Virus record (IMG/VR): IMGVR_UViG_3300049783_000756
Coordinates: 1 to 35,805 of that record
Length of the DNA stretch: 35,805 nucleotides
Strand: one strand, 5' to 3'
Source of the DNA: a virus
Lineage: Duplodnaviria > Caudoviricetes
Below are positions 16,588 through 25,095 of the stretch, in pieces (within the stretch, counting starts at the first letter, position 1; each line of letters opens with the position of its first letter). The position numbers were made by a program, and so were the translations under genes. Below the pieces are notes generated by a model. The model had not been told where the DNA came from. It saw only the letters and a program-made list of their open reading frames with translations, and made no database searches.

Positions 16588-18371
16588 CCCTGCGCAAATA
16601 TCAGCAAGACGCCCATGACGCGGCTTGGCAACATATGCGAACAAGCGTGGACCCGTGCTTGATTGAAGCTGCTACCGGCGCGGGCAAAAGCCACGTCATC
16701 GCAGAGTTTGCCAAAACGATCCACACGGCAACGGGCAAAAAGGTGCTATGCCTTGCGCCGTCTGCCGAGCTGGTCACACAGAACCGCGAGAAATATATTG
16801 CCAGCGGTCACAAGGCTAGTATGTTTAGCGCAAGCGCGGGGGCCAAAGACCTACGGCACCCCGTTGTTTTTGGATCACCATTAACGGTAAAAAACCGCAT
16901 TAGCCGTTTTCAATCGGGATACGCCGCCGTTGTAATTGACGAGGCGCACGGTCTCACGCCCACGATTAAGGGCATTATTGACGCCATGCGGGAGGGCAAC
17001 CCCATGTTGCGCGTGCTTGGCCTTACAGCGACGCCCTATCGTCTTGGCAGCGGCTATATCTTTCGCCAATGGCCAGACGGTAAAACGAATGGCGACGATA
17101 CGTGCCGCGATCCATACTTTCCCATCCTTGTGGACCGGATCACGGCGCCGGAATTGATTGACCTTGGGTTCCTGACAAAGCCTGTCATGGGATCTGCGGG
17201 CGCCGAAGGATACGACACGGCAAACTTGACGGCGAACGGGCAGGGCAAATTCGACAGCGATGCGGTGGACCGCGCGTATCACGGTCACGGGCGCAAGACG
17301 GGGGCGATTGTCGCGGATGTCGTGGCGCAATCGCGCGACCGCAATGGCGTGATGTTTTTTGCCGCAACCGTCCAGCACGCGCAAGAAATCATGGCAAGCC
17401 TTCCGCCGGATATGTCGGCAATCGTGACCGGGGAAACACCCAAGGGCGAACGCAAGACAATCCTGTCAGCGTTCAAGGCGCGGGTGGTTAAGTATCTGGT
17501 CAACGTGTCGGTGTTGACGACGGGCTTTGATGCGCCGCACGTTGATGTCATTGCCATATTGCGCAAGACGGAAAGCGTCGGACTGTTGCAGCAGATCATC
17601 GGGCGCGGGTTGCGATTGGACAATGGCAAGGCGGATTGTCTGATTTTGGACTATACAACCAACGTCGAAGACTACTGCCCCGACGGTGACTTGTTCACGC
17701 CAGAGGTCAAGGCGGGCAAGGAAGGCGGCGAGGGCAAGATGCGCGCCGAATGCCCGCTGTGCCAATACGAAAACAGGTTTTCCACCAACATCAAACACGT
17801 TGACTATGACAAAGACGCGCATGGATATTGCTTGGATCTGGACGGCAACCAGATCGTGACCGATTACGGCCCATTGTCAGGGCATCACGGGCGGCGCTGC
17901 ATGGGGCAGGAAAAGACGGGGCCGCTTGGCACATACGAGCGTTGCGGGTATCGATGGACCAGCAAGGAGTGCCCAGAATGCTTGGAACCTAACGACATCG
18001 CCGCGCGGTATTGCTGCAACTGCAAAGCCGAGATTGTGGACCCCAACGAAAAGCTGAAAATGGACTTCAAGCGGACCAAGCGAACCCCGACAGAAATGCA
18101 GACGGATAAAGTGGTATCAATGACGGTGCGCGATGGCGTGTCGCAACGTGGCAACCGAACGGTGCGGGCTGACTTTGTGACGCCGTGGCGTTCGTTTTCG
18201 GTGTGGTTTACGCCTGACAGTCACTATTCACGGCAACAGGGCGAGTATGCGGCTTTCTGCGCAGCCACGTCCCTTGGCGACCCGAACACGGTCACTTACC
18301 GCAAGGACGCGGCAACCAGCTTCTATAGCGTGTTTGGGTACAACAGGGATGCAGACATTGAACCTGCATGA
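16584..18371 (+). CDS. Superfamily 2 DExH helicase with zinc fingers (RadD/YejH-like)
   Basis: LRKYQ, ATGAGKS, DEAH, TATP, LTTGFDAP, QIIGRGLR; CPLC, CPEC and CCNC. Confidence 0.93.
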   Translation: MTLRKYQQDAHDAAWQHMRTSVDPCLIEAATGAGKSHVIAEFAKTIHTATGKKVLCLAPSAELVTQNREKYIASGHKASMFSASAGAKDLRHPVVFGSPLTVKNRISRFQSGYAAVVIDEAHGLTPTIKGIIDAMREGNPMLRVLGLTATPYRLGSGYIFRQWPDGKTNGDDTCRDPYFPILVDRITAPELIDLGFLTKPVMGSAGAEGYDTANLTANGQGKFDSDAVDRAYHGHGRKTGAIVADVVAQSRDRNGVMFFAATVQHAQEIMASLPPDMSAIVTGETPKGERKTILSAFKARVVKYLVNVSVLTTGFDAPHVDVIAILRKTESVGLLQQIIGRGLRLDNGKADCLILDYTTNVEDYCPDGDLFTPEVKAGKEGGEGKMRAECPLCQYENRFSTNIKHVDYDKDAHGYCLDLDGNQIVTDYGPLSGHHGRRCMGQEKTGPLGTYERCGYRWTSKECPECLEPNDIAARYCCNCKAEIVDPNEKLKMDFKRTKRTPTEMQTDKVVSMTVRDGVSQRGNRTVRADFVTPWRSFSVWFTPDSHYSRQQGEYAAFCAATSLGDPNTVTYRKDAATSFYSVFGYNRDADIEPA

Positions 18372-18786
18372 TTTACCCTTTCCCGTTTTTGGCGACGTGG
18401 ATTTTCGCGGCAAGTGCGCAGCGGAAAGCGTTGAGCAAGTGACGTTTTTTAACCGGATCCGCGCGCAATATCCTGACACCTGGGGGGCGCTGGCGATCCA
18501 CGCGCGCAACGAACAACAATTGCGGGGCGGGCAGTTTGGCAGCATGGCCAAGCAAAAAGCGGAAGGCATGGTATCGGGGGCAAGCGATATCATCATTCCA
18601 GCGCGGGTGGCGTTTGTCTGTGAGTTAAAACGCCGTGACAGGACGAAAAGCGCATGGCAGGATGGGCAGGTGCCATACCTTACAGCAGCGCATCAGGCGG
18701 GCGCGTTTGCGTGTGTTGCTCTTGGCTGTGATGCCGCTTGGGAAGCATTTGAGCAATGGCGCAAATTAGTTATTGACGTATGTTAG
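18349..18786 (+). CDS. VRR-NUC domain nuclease
   Basis: ARNE, KAEGMVSGASD, ELKR, QDGQ (PD-D/ExK fold); start ATG 18349 is approximate. Confidence 0.82.
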   Translation: MQTLNLHDLPFPVFGDVDFRGKCAAESVEQVTFFNRIRAQYPDTWGALAIHARNEQQLRGGQFGSMAKQKAEGMVSGASDIIIPARVAFVCELKRRDRTKSAWQDGQVPYLTAAHQAGAFACVALGCDAAWEAFEQWRKLVIDVC

Positions 18787-18802
18787 TAGTTACGCGTATA
18801 CA
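18773..18802 (+). promoter_or_regulatory. Sigma70-like promoter
   Basis: TTGACG-N18-TATACA ahead of a cluster of small rightward genes. Confidence 0.45.
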
Positions 18803-18983
18803 GATAACATGGAAAGCAAACAACGGCCACAGGGGCCACATACAGGGAGAACACCATGCGCCGCGATACTTAAAAGCGGCTAATTATTATTCGGCATCAC
18901 CTCGCCTATCAAATAGACATTGCAGCCATATGCCGATCAAATCCGAACGGCATTTTGATGCAATAGCAACCAAGGAGACGACC

Positions 18984-19271
18984 ATGACAATTGAAACATT
19001 CCCTGACGACATTACGGTGACAGTTGACGTGTCATTCAGCAACACCATTGCGGCAAGCGAGGGGCGCGGCCTGCATTGCACAACAGACGACGGCGAACGC
19101 TTGCGGGTTGATTTTGTTACGCCTGGCGAGGTGGCTGTTGAAGACCTAGCTGCGCTGATTGGCAAGCGCGTTCACATAGGCCATGTTTCAACTTCCCTTT
19201 ATTACGCCAACAGCGTGACTATCTATACAGACCAAGCAATGACCGAGAACCTGCTGACGGTGGCGAAATGA
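18984..19271 (+). CDS. Hypothetical protein
   Basis: AAGGAG RBS then MTIETFPDD; 95 aa. Confidence 0.7.
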   Translation: MTIETFPDDITVTVDVSFSNTIAASEGRGLHCTTDDGERLRVDFVTPGEVAVEDLAALIGKRVHIGHVSTSLYYANSVTIYTDQAMTENLLTVAK

Positions 19272-19540
19272 GCCGCGAGACTGGCCTTGTTGAAGGCGAC
19301 CGCATCAGGATCGAAAGCCGCTTTGGGTGTGATGATTACACCCTTGAGGTGTTTCGGGATTGTCTTGGGTATTTTGAGACGGAGCAGCATCGAACTGCTG
19401 GTGACTTTACGCCCGTCTGTGAATTGTACGGATTCGGCGCTGGTTCTGGGCATGGGTATTTGAGCAATCATGGCGAATACGTCAAAAATCCGGTTGCGCT
19501 GTGGATGCAGTTGCCACGCATAGACGGGACTGATCCATGA
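19268..19540 (+). CDS. Hypothetical protein
   Basis: 90 aa, ATGA coupling. Confidence 0.7.
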   Translation: MSRETGLVEGDRIRIESRFGCDDYTLEVFRDCLGYFETEQHRTAGDFTPVCELYGFGAGSGHGYLSNHGEYVKNPVALWMQLPRIDGTDP

Positions 19541-19737
19541 CCGACACCCTAACAGACGCACAATACGACGCGCAACGCATTGAATGGGCTAGGTTAGACG
19601 ACGCAGCACGCAAGGCAGCCGAGCCACCTGACTTTGACGAACACGCCGCCGAATTGTGTGACGACCGACGCACCAGCCGCAAGTGGCACGACGGTGTTGT
19701 CGTTATCCCCGCAGCAACCAAGGAACCAACCCCATGA
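19537..19737 (+). CDS. Hypothetical protein
   Basis: 66 aa, ATGA coupling. Confidence 0.65.
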   Translation: MTDTLTDAQYDAQRIEWARLDDAARKAAEPPDFDEHAAELCDDRRTSRKWHDGVVVIPAATKEPTP

Positions 19738-19946
19738 CCGACCTCCCAAAATACCACTCATTCCCGCCATTAACACCGCACAAACCAACCCCCACGATCC
19801 CGCAGATGACCGACCGGCACGAGCGCGAGGTATTCACAGACAAGGCCGAGCGCGTAGTCAACAAAGTCTTGGCGTTTGCCTTGACCGTCTTGGCCGTCGT
19901 GTTTGTTGGCGGGCTGATGTATAAAGCGTTTGTCTGGGGGCATTGA
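19734..19946 (+). CDS. Small membrane protein
   Basis: Start MTDLPKY after AAGGA; C-terminal TM VLAFALTVLAVVFVGGLM. Confidence 0.65.
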   Translation: MTDLPKYHSFPPLTPHKPTPTIPQMTDRHEREVFTDKAERVVNKVLAFALTVLAVVFVGGLMYKAFVWGH

Positions 19947-20101
19947 TCATCCATAGAAATAGGCGGGGCAACCCTCGCTTTAGGGCAACAGGGAAGGCTT
20001 GATCGGTGTCGTTGCACCGTGACTAGCTAGACCATAACAGACCAACCGGCGGGCTTGGGCTCGATGCCCGCCAACCAATCAATCCCAGAAAGGGGAACAC
20101 C

Positions 20102-20254
20102 ATGGAAATTCTACCTATCATCATCATCATCGGCATATGTGCCGCTATTGGTTACGCAATCCCGAAAGACCCAGAAGCCAAAGCAACAGGCGCAATCTTG
20201 GGCGGTCTACTTGGACCGATCGGGCTTGTCATTGTCGCAATCATGAACCGTTGA
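20102..20254 (+). CDS. Small two-TM membrane protein (50 aa, not in ORF track)
   Basis: AAGGGG RBS; MEILPIIIIIGICAAIGYAIPKDPEAKATGAILGGLLGPIGLVIVAIMNR. Confidence 0.7.
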   Translation: MEILPIIIIIGICAAIGYAIPKDPEAKATGAILGGLLGPIGLVIVAIMNR

Positions 20255-20267
20255 AAGGGGCAATGAC

Positions 20268-20492
20268 ATGACAGATATGCGTGACAAGATTGCAAAGATT
20301 ATTTGGGACCATGGCCTTCACGACGCCCATCAAGCAGCAGCCCAAGCCATCATTGACGCCCTTGGAAGGAGAGACACCATGACCGCCTACACCAACAAAA
20401 AGACGCGCGAAACTGTCACGCTGACACAAAAAGAAGCCGACCGGTTTTTTGACAACCGCGACCCGAACGAATGGGAAGTGGCAATGATATGA
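20268..20492 (+). CDS. Hypothetical protein (with internal in-frame start at 20379)
   Basis: 74 aa; second RBS/ATG AAGGAGAGACACCATG inside the gene. Confidence 0.6.
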   Translation: MTDMRDKIAKIIWDHGLHDAHQAAAQAIIDALGRRDTMTAYTNKKTRETVTLTQKEADRFFDNRDPNEWEVAMI

Positions 20493-20728
20493 ACACGCGC
20501 CCTGACATCCCCATGCCATTAACGGGGGTGTTTTCTAGCACGCAAGGGTTTGTCGTCTATCGCGGCCCGAAACCTGTCTACCAGGTAAAAGATCCGGTTG
20601 AGGCTGCGCACGTTGCGGCTCGGCTTCTAATGTTTCCCCAGCAAGTTGACGGCGAAATGGTGAGCGATATGCACCGCCGTCTTCTTTGGGCGCAATCCCT
20701 AATTCGGGTAGCAATCGAAAACCCTTAA
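20489..20728 (+). CDS. Hypothetical protein
   Basis: MNTRPDIP start, ATGA coupling. Confidence 0.65.
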   Translation: MNTRPDIPMPLTGVFSSTQGFVVYRGPKPVYQVKDPVEAAHVAARLLMFPQQVDGEMVSDMHRRLLWAQSLIRVAIENP

Positions 20729-20793
20729 CAAACAACCCTATGCGTGATGCGCATACTTAACGCAACTTGACATTGTAACTTTGTAGTGAATAA

Positions 20794-20818
20794 GGGCGGC
20801 GGTTTTAATCGCCGCCCC
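20794..20818. terminator. Hairpin terminator between convergent operons
   Basis: GGGCGGCG-gttttaat-CGCCGCCC. Confidence 0.65.
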
Positions 20819-20825
20819 ATTGGCG

Positions 20826-21086
20826 TCAACAGCCCTCCCTTAATGAGTAGAAGTGAAACGGCCCAACCGAAATACACCACACCCATCGGTCATCCTCATC
20901 AGCGCGTGAAAATCCAAGCGGCAATCCCCAGCACTTAGTGTCGCACATGACGTTCATTCGCTTGTTTCCCTTTGCTGCGGTTATAGAATACCTGCCAATC
21001 GACAGCCCTAACCGCCAAAGTCTGAACAGAACCCTATCAATCATTCCATCCAAGACCGGGATTTTTGGGTCATATCCAACTGCCAT
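20826..21086 (-). CDS. Hypothetical protein
   Basis: 86 aa, AAGGAGG RBS. Confidence 0.65.
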   Translation of the reverse strand: MAVGYDPKIPVLDGMIDRVLFRLWRLGLSIGRYSITAAKGNKRMNVMCDTKCWGLPLGFSRADEDDRWVWCISVGPFHFYSLREGC

Positions 21087-21251
21087 CTATTTGCCCTCCT
21101 TCAAATTGTAAAAGCACACAAATTCCAATTTTTTCAAATCCGGCCTGTTGATCATCGTCACAGACCCGACGCCATGAAACAGCAAGAACTCAGTCACACG
21201 CGCCGATGTTCCGCGCGGAAAACCATCAACGAAAAAGCGGCTAAGTCTCAT
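21087..21251 (-). CDS. Small hypothetical protein
   Basis: Fills the gap between flanking genes; start uncertain. Confidence 0.45.
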   Translation of the reverse strand: MRLSRFFVDGFPRGTSARVTEFLLFHGVGSVTMINRPDLKKLEFVCFYNLKEGK

Positions 21252-21426
21252 GGGCTGAACCCTCCCTTGCTGCAAATCTACAAACCATCTTGGCGAGAAT
21301 GCTTGTCTGAAATTCGTTCATCTTTGGCCCGATTGCCTTGCATAGCTTTGTCGCGTCGTTGAAGCTGATATTAGCAGTCGCAAATTCTGCAATCTTTCGG
21401 GCCGCAGGTATCGTCGCGCTGGTCAT
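21241..21426 (-). CDS. Small hypothetical protein
   Basis: 61 aa, GAGGAG RBS. Confidence 0.6.
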   Translation of the reverse strand: MTSATIPAARKIAEFATANISFNDATKLCKAIGPKMNEFQTSILAKMVCRFAAREGSAHET

Positions 21427-21623
21427 TGTTCAGTCTCCTCTTGTGCTATGGTCGCAATGCAAGTTCCAAGGATTATAAAGTCCGTTTCTTGTGGGATATC
21501 ATCTGGCGTTTTGCATAGAACCGACATGACCCCCATGCCGTCTCCAACTTCAATCAACATTGGGAATTTCTTAGGATTGAAAGGCACTGCTCCCGTCACG
21601 TTGTGAATCGCTTTCTCAAACAT
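21423..21623 (-). CDS. Small hypothetical protein
   Basis: 66 aa, AAGGAG RBS. Confidence 0.65.
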   Translation of the reverse strand: MFEKAIHNVTGAVPFNPKKFPMLIEVGDGMGVMSVLCKTPDDIPQETDFIILGTCIATIAQEETEQ

Positions 21624-22110
21624 CTTTTGGCTCCTTTGATTTGGGCGCGCTGCGCGTCCCGATGTTGTCGTTTAAGGTTGCCCGCGTGACCCAATTAAAG
21701 CCCGCGTCATGAAAGACCTTGATTGCCGCCTGCCATGTGAACACGTCGGGCATATGCCACTTGTCAGCGCCCGCCTTAACCACATCAGCAGGGATGCTAG
21801 GCCAGCGCGGCTTAGGCCCCGGCTTGCGCGGACCTGGTGGCGGGCTGGCATCATCGACCAGCGACACAACGGCCCCGTGCGCTTCAATCTTTCGTTTGTT
21901 CTCCGCTAGGTCAAAGCCCTTGCCCAGATCAGCAAGAGACAGCACGAAAACCGCATCCCCCTCGATCAGCGCCATAAGCATAGATGAAAATTCGGGCCGC
22001 ACCTTTTCGTCGGTATCGACCCACACGCGCAAACCACCAAACCTGTCAAGGTCAATGTCCGCCTTAGCAAAGTCAGTGACCCGCCGATTTATGCCATATC
22101 CAATATTCAT
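21616..22110 (-). CDS. Degenerate serine-resolvase-like protein with C-terminal HTH-like region
   Basis: MNIGY start and RPEF...LIEGDAVFVLSLADLG match the resolvase pattern, but YxRVS is replaced by YGINR; GPKPR linker then helices. Confidence 0.65.
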   Translation of the reverse strand: MNIGYGINRRVTDFAKADIDLDRFGGLRVWVDTDEKVRPEFSSMLMALIEGDAVFVLSLADLGKGFDLAENKRKIEAHGAVVSLVDDASPPPGPRKPGPKPRWPSIPADVVKAGADKWHMPDVFTWQAAIKVFHDAGFNWVTRATLNDNIGTRSAPKSKEPKDV

Positions 22111-22116
22111 AAGGCG

Positions 22117-22145
22117 ACACTACGGCCTTATTATAAACAGGTCAA
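22117..22145 (-). promoter_or_regulatory. Sigma70-like promoter giving a leaderless transcript
   Basis: TTGACC-N17-TAGTGT-N6-ATG(22110); no canonical Shine-Dalgarno. Confidence 0.55.
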
Positions 22146-22252
22146 CACATACCGCGCTAAATTAAATCACGTTTGTTGAAGATGTTTCTTGCAGTGTATT
22201 TGATTGTGTGTTTATGTGTTGGTAACGGAAGCAAAATAAGAGGACCAAAGAC

Positions 22253-22390
22253 ATGACAGCCGAAGACTTAAAACTGTATCGCGGAATTGCGGCAGAACGT
22301 GACAAGTTGCGTGAGCTTCTAACCCGCGCCGTCGAGGGGCCTTGGTCAGATGAAGACCTAAAAGAAGCCCGCAAAATTTTATCAAATTAG
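22253..22390 (+). CDS. Small hypothetical protein (45 aa, not in ORF track)
   Basis: GAGGA RBS; MTAEDLKLYRGIAAERDKLRELL...KILSN. Confidence 0.7.
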   Translation: MTAEDLKLYRGIAAERDKLRELLTRAVEGPWSDEDLKEARKILSN

Positions 22391-22402
22391 AGGACCGAAA
22401 AG

Positions 22403-22864
22403 ATGAGGGAAGGCGATATATATAACTGGCGTTGGGCTGACAGTGAGAAACACGCAGACAGCGCGAATTTCCGTAACTATCACTGCAAATCGCGCATTGC
22501 AGAGTTTGACGGAAAGTCCCTGACAGACACGTTTTGGGGGTCCAGAACAGATGGTTCATGGCTCAACCCAGAAGATGTTGATCTAACTTTGTTGGGTAAT
22601 AAAAATGACATGACGGTTCTGACTGACAGGCCGGAGTTTTACCGCCCCGAAGATTTGGTGAGCATGAAGCACTCCAACAATTCAGGTGCGCCGATTTACC
22701 TAAAGGCGGAGGCAAAAAGAAACGCCGAAGTAATGCGCGACCTGCTGCGTAAAAAGCAGGAAGAAAAACGCTACGCAATACGGAGCGCAACACAGAATCT
22801 GGAGCGCCTAGCCGTGGCTGAACGTGACATCGAAAATGGCTTGATCGACAAGCTGTATTTTTAA
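22403..22864 (+). CDS. Hypothetical protein
   Basis: 153 aa, GAGGA RBS, C-terminal coiled coil. Confidence 0.75.
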   Translation: MREGDIYNWRWADSEKHADSANFRNYHCKSRIAEFDGKSLTDTFWGSRTDGSWLNPEDVDLTLLGNKNDMTVLTDRPEFYRPEDLVSMKHSNNSGAPIYLKAEAKRNAEVMRDLLRKKQEEKRYAIRSATQNLERLAVAERDIENGLIDKLYF

Positions 22865-22884
22865 CCAAAGATTAGGACCGAATT

Positions 22885-23094
22885 ATGGATGATTGGATTA
22901 AGGCATCTGACGAACTCCCCTCGCCTTGGCAGAAGGTGATTGCATGGGCGGAGGACGGCAAAAACCAAGTCAAGGATTTGATGCAGCAGGCCACTTTTGA
23001 TGGGCGCGATTTCTCAATCGGGGGCTACTACACAACCCAAATGCAGGGCGTCACGCACTGGATGCCGATGCCCAACAAACCCTTAGCAGATTAG
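22885..23094 (+). CDS. DUF551-like protein
   Basis: WIKASDELP...VTHWMPMP. Confidence 0.8.
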   Translation: MDDWIKASDELPSPWQKVIAWAEDGKNQVKDLMQQATFDGRDFSIGGYYTTQMQGVTHWMPMPNKPLAD

Positions 23095-23105
23095 GACGCC
23101 AGACA

Positions 23106-23315
23106 ATGACCCGAAAAGCTATAAACTTTGAATTTACCCGTGTATTCCGGCCAATAAAACTGGAGACTGGCGACACTTTCGACGGATGCGTAATCACCCA
23201 CTGGAAGCGAATACACGCCATGAGGGGCGACGACGTTAGGGACGTGACAATTAAAAACTGCGCAACCAAACCAGTAAGCTTATTCCGCGCCGTATGCGCT
23301 TCTCTTAAGCGCTAA
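23106..23315 (+). CDS. Hypothetical protein
   Basis: 69 aa, AGGA RBS. Confidence 0.6.
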   Translation: MTRKAINFEFTRVFRPIKLETGDTFDGCVITHWKRIHAMRGDDVRDVTIKNCATKPVSLFRAVCASLKR

Positions 23316-23338
23316 TCATAAGCCCCCCCACCACCCAA

Positions 23339-23365
23339 GCCGCGCATGGATAAAACCCGCGCGGC
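23339..23365. terminator. Hairpin between convergent operons
   Basis: GCCGCGC...GCGCGGC stem right after the o-spanin stop. Confidence 0.4.
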
Positions 23366-23563
23366 CTATTTACAGAGAGTTGCGTGTACCGCAATCGCTA
23401 CCTGCACCTCATCTTGTGTTTGCGTCGTGTCGGATCGTGACCGGGTTGGCAGGCTATCCCGCCACTCAGCACACAGCGCCGCCTCAGTCGCGCCAGCCTG
23501 CGTCATCGAACTCACGCAGCCGCTTGTCAACAGTATCAGCGCGCCGGCGGATATTTTCAGCAT
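23366..23563 (-). CDS. o-spanin (Rz1-like lipoprotein)
   Basis: Signal peptide with lipobox LTSG-C; overlaps the i-spanin 3' end in another frame. Confidence 0.75.
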   Translation of the reverse strand: MLKISAGALILLTSGCVSSMTQAGATEAALCAEWRDSLPTRSRSDTTQTQDEVQVAIAVHATLCK

Positions 23564-23693
23564 TTTCCAGATCCTCTATCTTTGCGTCTTTGCGGTCGTC
23601 TTTTACCGCGTCACGGCGTATTGCAAACACAAGGGCGACAATTCCCAAGGCAAACGCCGCCCCGCCGTAGATTTTGGCCATTAGCCAGGTCAT
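23484..23693 (-). CDS. i-spanin (Rz-like)
   Basis: N-terminal TM then a short charged coiled coil; follows the holin. Confidence 0.72.
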   Translation of the reverse strand: MTWLMAKIYGGAAFALGIVALVFAIRRDAVKDDRKDAKIEDLENAENIRRRADTVDKRLREFDDAGWRD

Positions 23694-23890
23694 TTCATCG
23701 CCCCGCGCGCGCCAATGGCGACCAAGCCCGCATTAATCAACAACGCGGGCGCAACGTGCCCCGTCACACCATCAATAGTCTGCACAACGCCAGTGAGCCC
23801 GTGCAATGGCTCGGATGCTACCACAAGGCCGGAAACAAGCGGAACCATTGCGCCCCACCATGTTAGACTGCGCGGTTTGAAATACTTCAT
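23690..23890 (-). CDS. Holin-like membrane protein
   Basis: 66 aa from MKYFKPRSLTWW; two hydrophobic segments; between endolysin and spanins. Confidence 0.65.
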   Translation of the reverse strand: MKYFKPRSLTWWGAMVPLVSGLVVASEPLHGLTGVVQTIDGVTGHVAPALLINAGLVAIGARGAMK

Positions 23891-24501
23891 GACTTGCCCC
23901 CGAATAATGATTGCAGCAACGTCGCCAGCCAATGGATCGGCGCGGGTGGTGTGTCAGTGTGTGATACGGGCGCAGCATCAACCAACGCCAACGATGTAGA
24001 CCGAACGGCATCAACGCGGCTTTGCCAGCCACGGCCAAACGTCTTCCACAACTTACCGCCTTGGATACGCTTCATGAACGCCAGCCGATCCGCGTTGACT
24101 TTATTGATTATCGCCTTGGGGTTGATTATCTCGTTTGCGGCTTGGATAGTCTGTGGCCCGATTGCCCCGTCCTGAGTAACGCCAAGCGCCGCCTGCAGAT
24201 ACTTGGCCGCACGGCTTGGCCCGCTGTTCACTGCAAAATCAGCAACGGTATAATCAACGCCAGACGGGAGGTCATCCCCCCGCACCTTGTCCCAATACTG
24301 CGCCTTATAGACATCAACGGCCTGTTGTGTCGTTAGCGCCTTGAGGTCCGCAATCGTGCCGTTGCGCTTGATGTAACGTCGAAAGGTGGCAATCGTGATG
24401 CCCTTGTTTGTCGCGCCTCCCGGATCGTCCGAGTGGTTTACATATCCGCCCTCATGATCAAGTATTTTGCGGATTGCCATGTCTGCGTTATGTTTCATCA
24501 A
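23887..24501 (-). CDS. Endolysin, glycoside hydrolase family 108 with peptidoglycan-binding domain
   Basis: HEGGYVNH, DPGGATNKGIT, DFAVNSG, DGAIGPQT, FGRGW. Confidence 0.93.
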   Translation of the reverse strand: MMKHNADMAIRKILDHEGGYVNHSDDPGGATNKGITIATFRRYIKRNGTIADLKALTTQQAVDVYKAQYWDKVRGDDLPSGVDYTVADFAVNSGPSRAAKYLQAALGVTQDGAIGPQTIQAANEIINPKAIINKVNADRLAFMKRIQGGKLWKTFGRGWQSRVDAVRSTSLALVDAAPVSHTDTPPAPIHWLATLLQSLFGGKS

Positions 24502-24944
24502 TCTTTTCCTTTGTTGTCGATTGCCCTATAATAGCGGAAAGCAACGCCACATGCTAGATGCACAGCAGACGCCACAAAGAACGGAATCAGCGCGCGCAAA
24601 TCCAACACCACGTTAGGCGATCCGGCAGACACCTCATGGAACGCAGCAAGGGGCGCGCCGCATCCATAGGCGACTACAAACACGGTATCCTCTATGGTGT
24701 CGTATCCTTGCCAGCCTTGGGTGGATAACTCAAATGCAACGTACCCCAACAGGCAAACCGCGAACACGTCAACACGGAATGGCAGTTCGCCTAACGTAAA
24801 ATATGCAATGAGGCACACAGACGCAGCCATGACCACGCCAAGCAAGATATGACCCGACTGATTAGAAAGCCAGCCATACCAATCATCCAGAAACGCGTCT
24901 GGCTCAATCAGACCCATTATGTAGCCTTTTTCTTGCATCCTCAT
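24498..24944 (-). CDS. Multi-pass membrane protein
   Basis: About four hydrophobic segments; overlaps the endolysin start. Confidence 0.72.
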   Translation of the reverse strand: MRMQEKGYIMGLIEPDAFLDDWYGWLSNQSGHILLGVVMAASVCLIAYFTLGELPFRVDVFAVCLLGYVAFELSTQGWQGYDTIEDTVFVVAYGCGAPLAAFHEVSAGSPNVVLDLRALIPFFVASAVHLACGVAFRYYRAIDNKGKD

Positions 24945-25095
24945 ATTCCCTAATGGCTGCTTGTTGCGCGCGTATTAGGGGATGATAAAGCCGTTTCAAG
25001 GTCCGCAAAACATAGCCAAAAGTTAGGAGTGAGCCTGCAAACAAGCCGATGAAAAATTGGTAATCCACTATAAAAGCGCCCCTATTATTGCCGCG

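Noticed and set aside
18809-18885. Tiny ORFs after the 18773 promoter (MESKQ..., MRRDT)
   Set aside because: Too short to support; possibly a gene remnant, but not testable from sequence alone
20767-20796. Perfect TTGACA pointing right into the terminator
   Set aside because: No convincing -10 and no sense gene downstream
21616-22110. Active integrase or invertase implying a temperate lifestyle
   Set aside because: Catalytic Ser motif absent, too short for a large serine integrase, and no att site or host junction seen
6050-23094. Two DUF551-like genes as a recent duplication
   Set aside because: They share only the family motifs, and multiple divergent copies are common in phages
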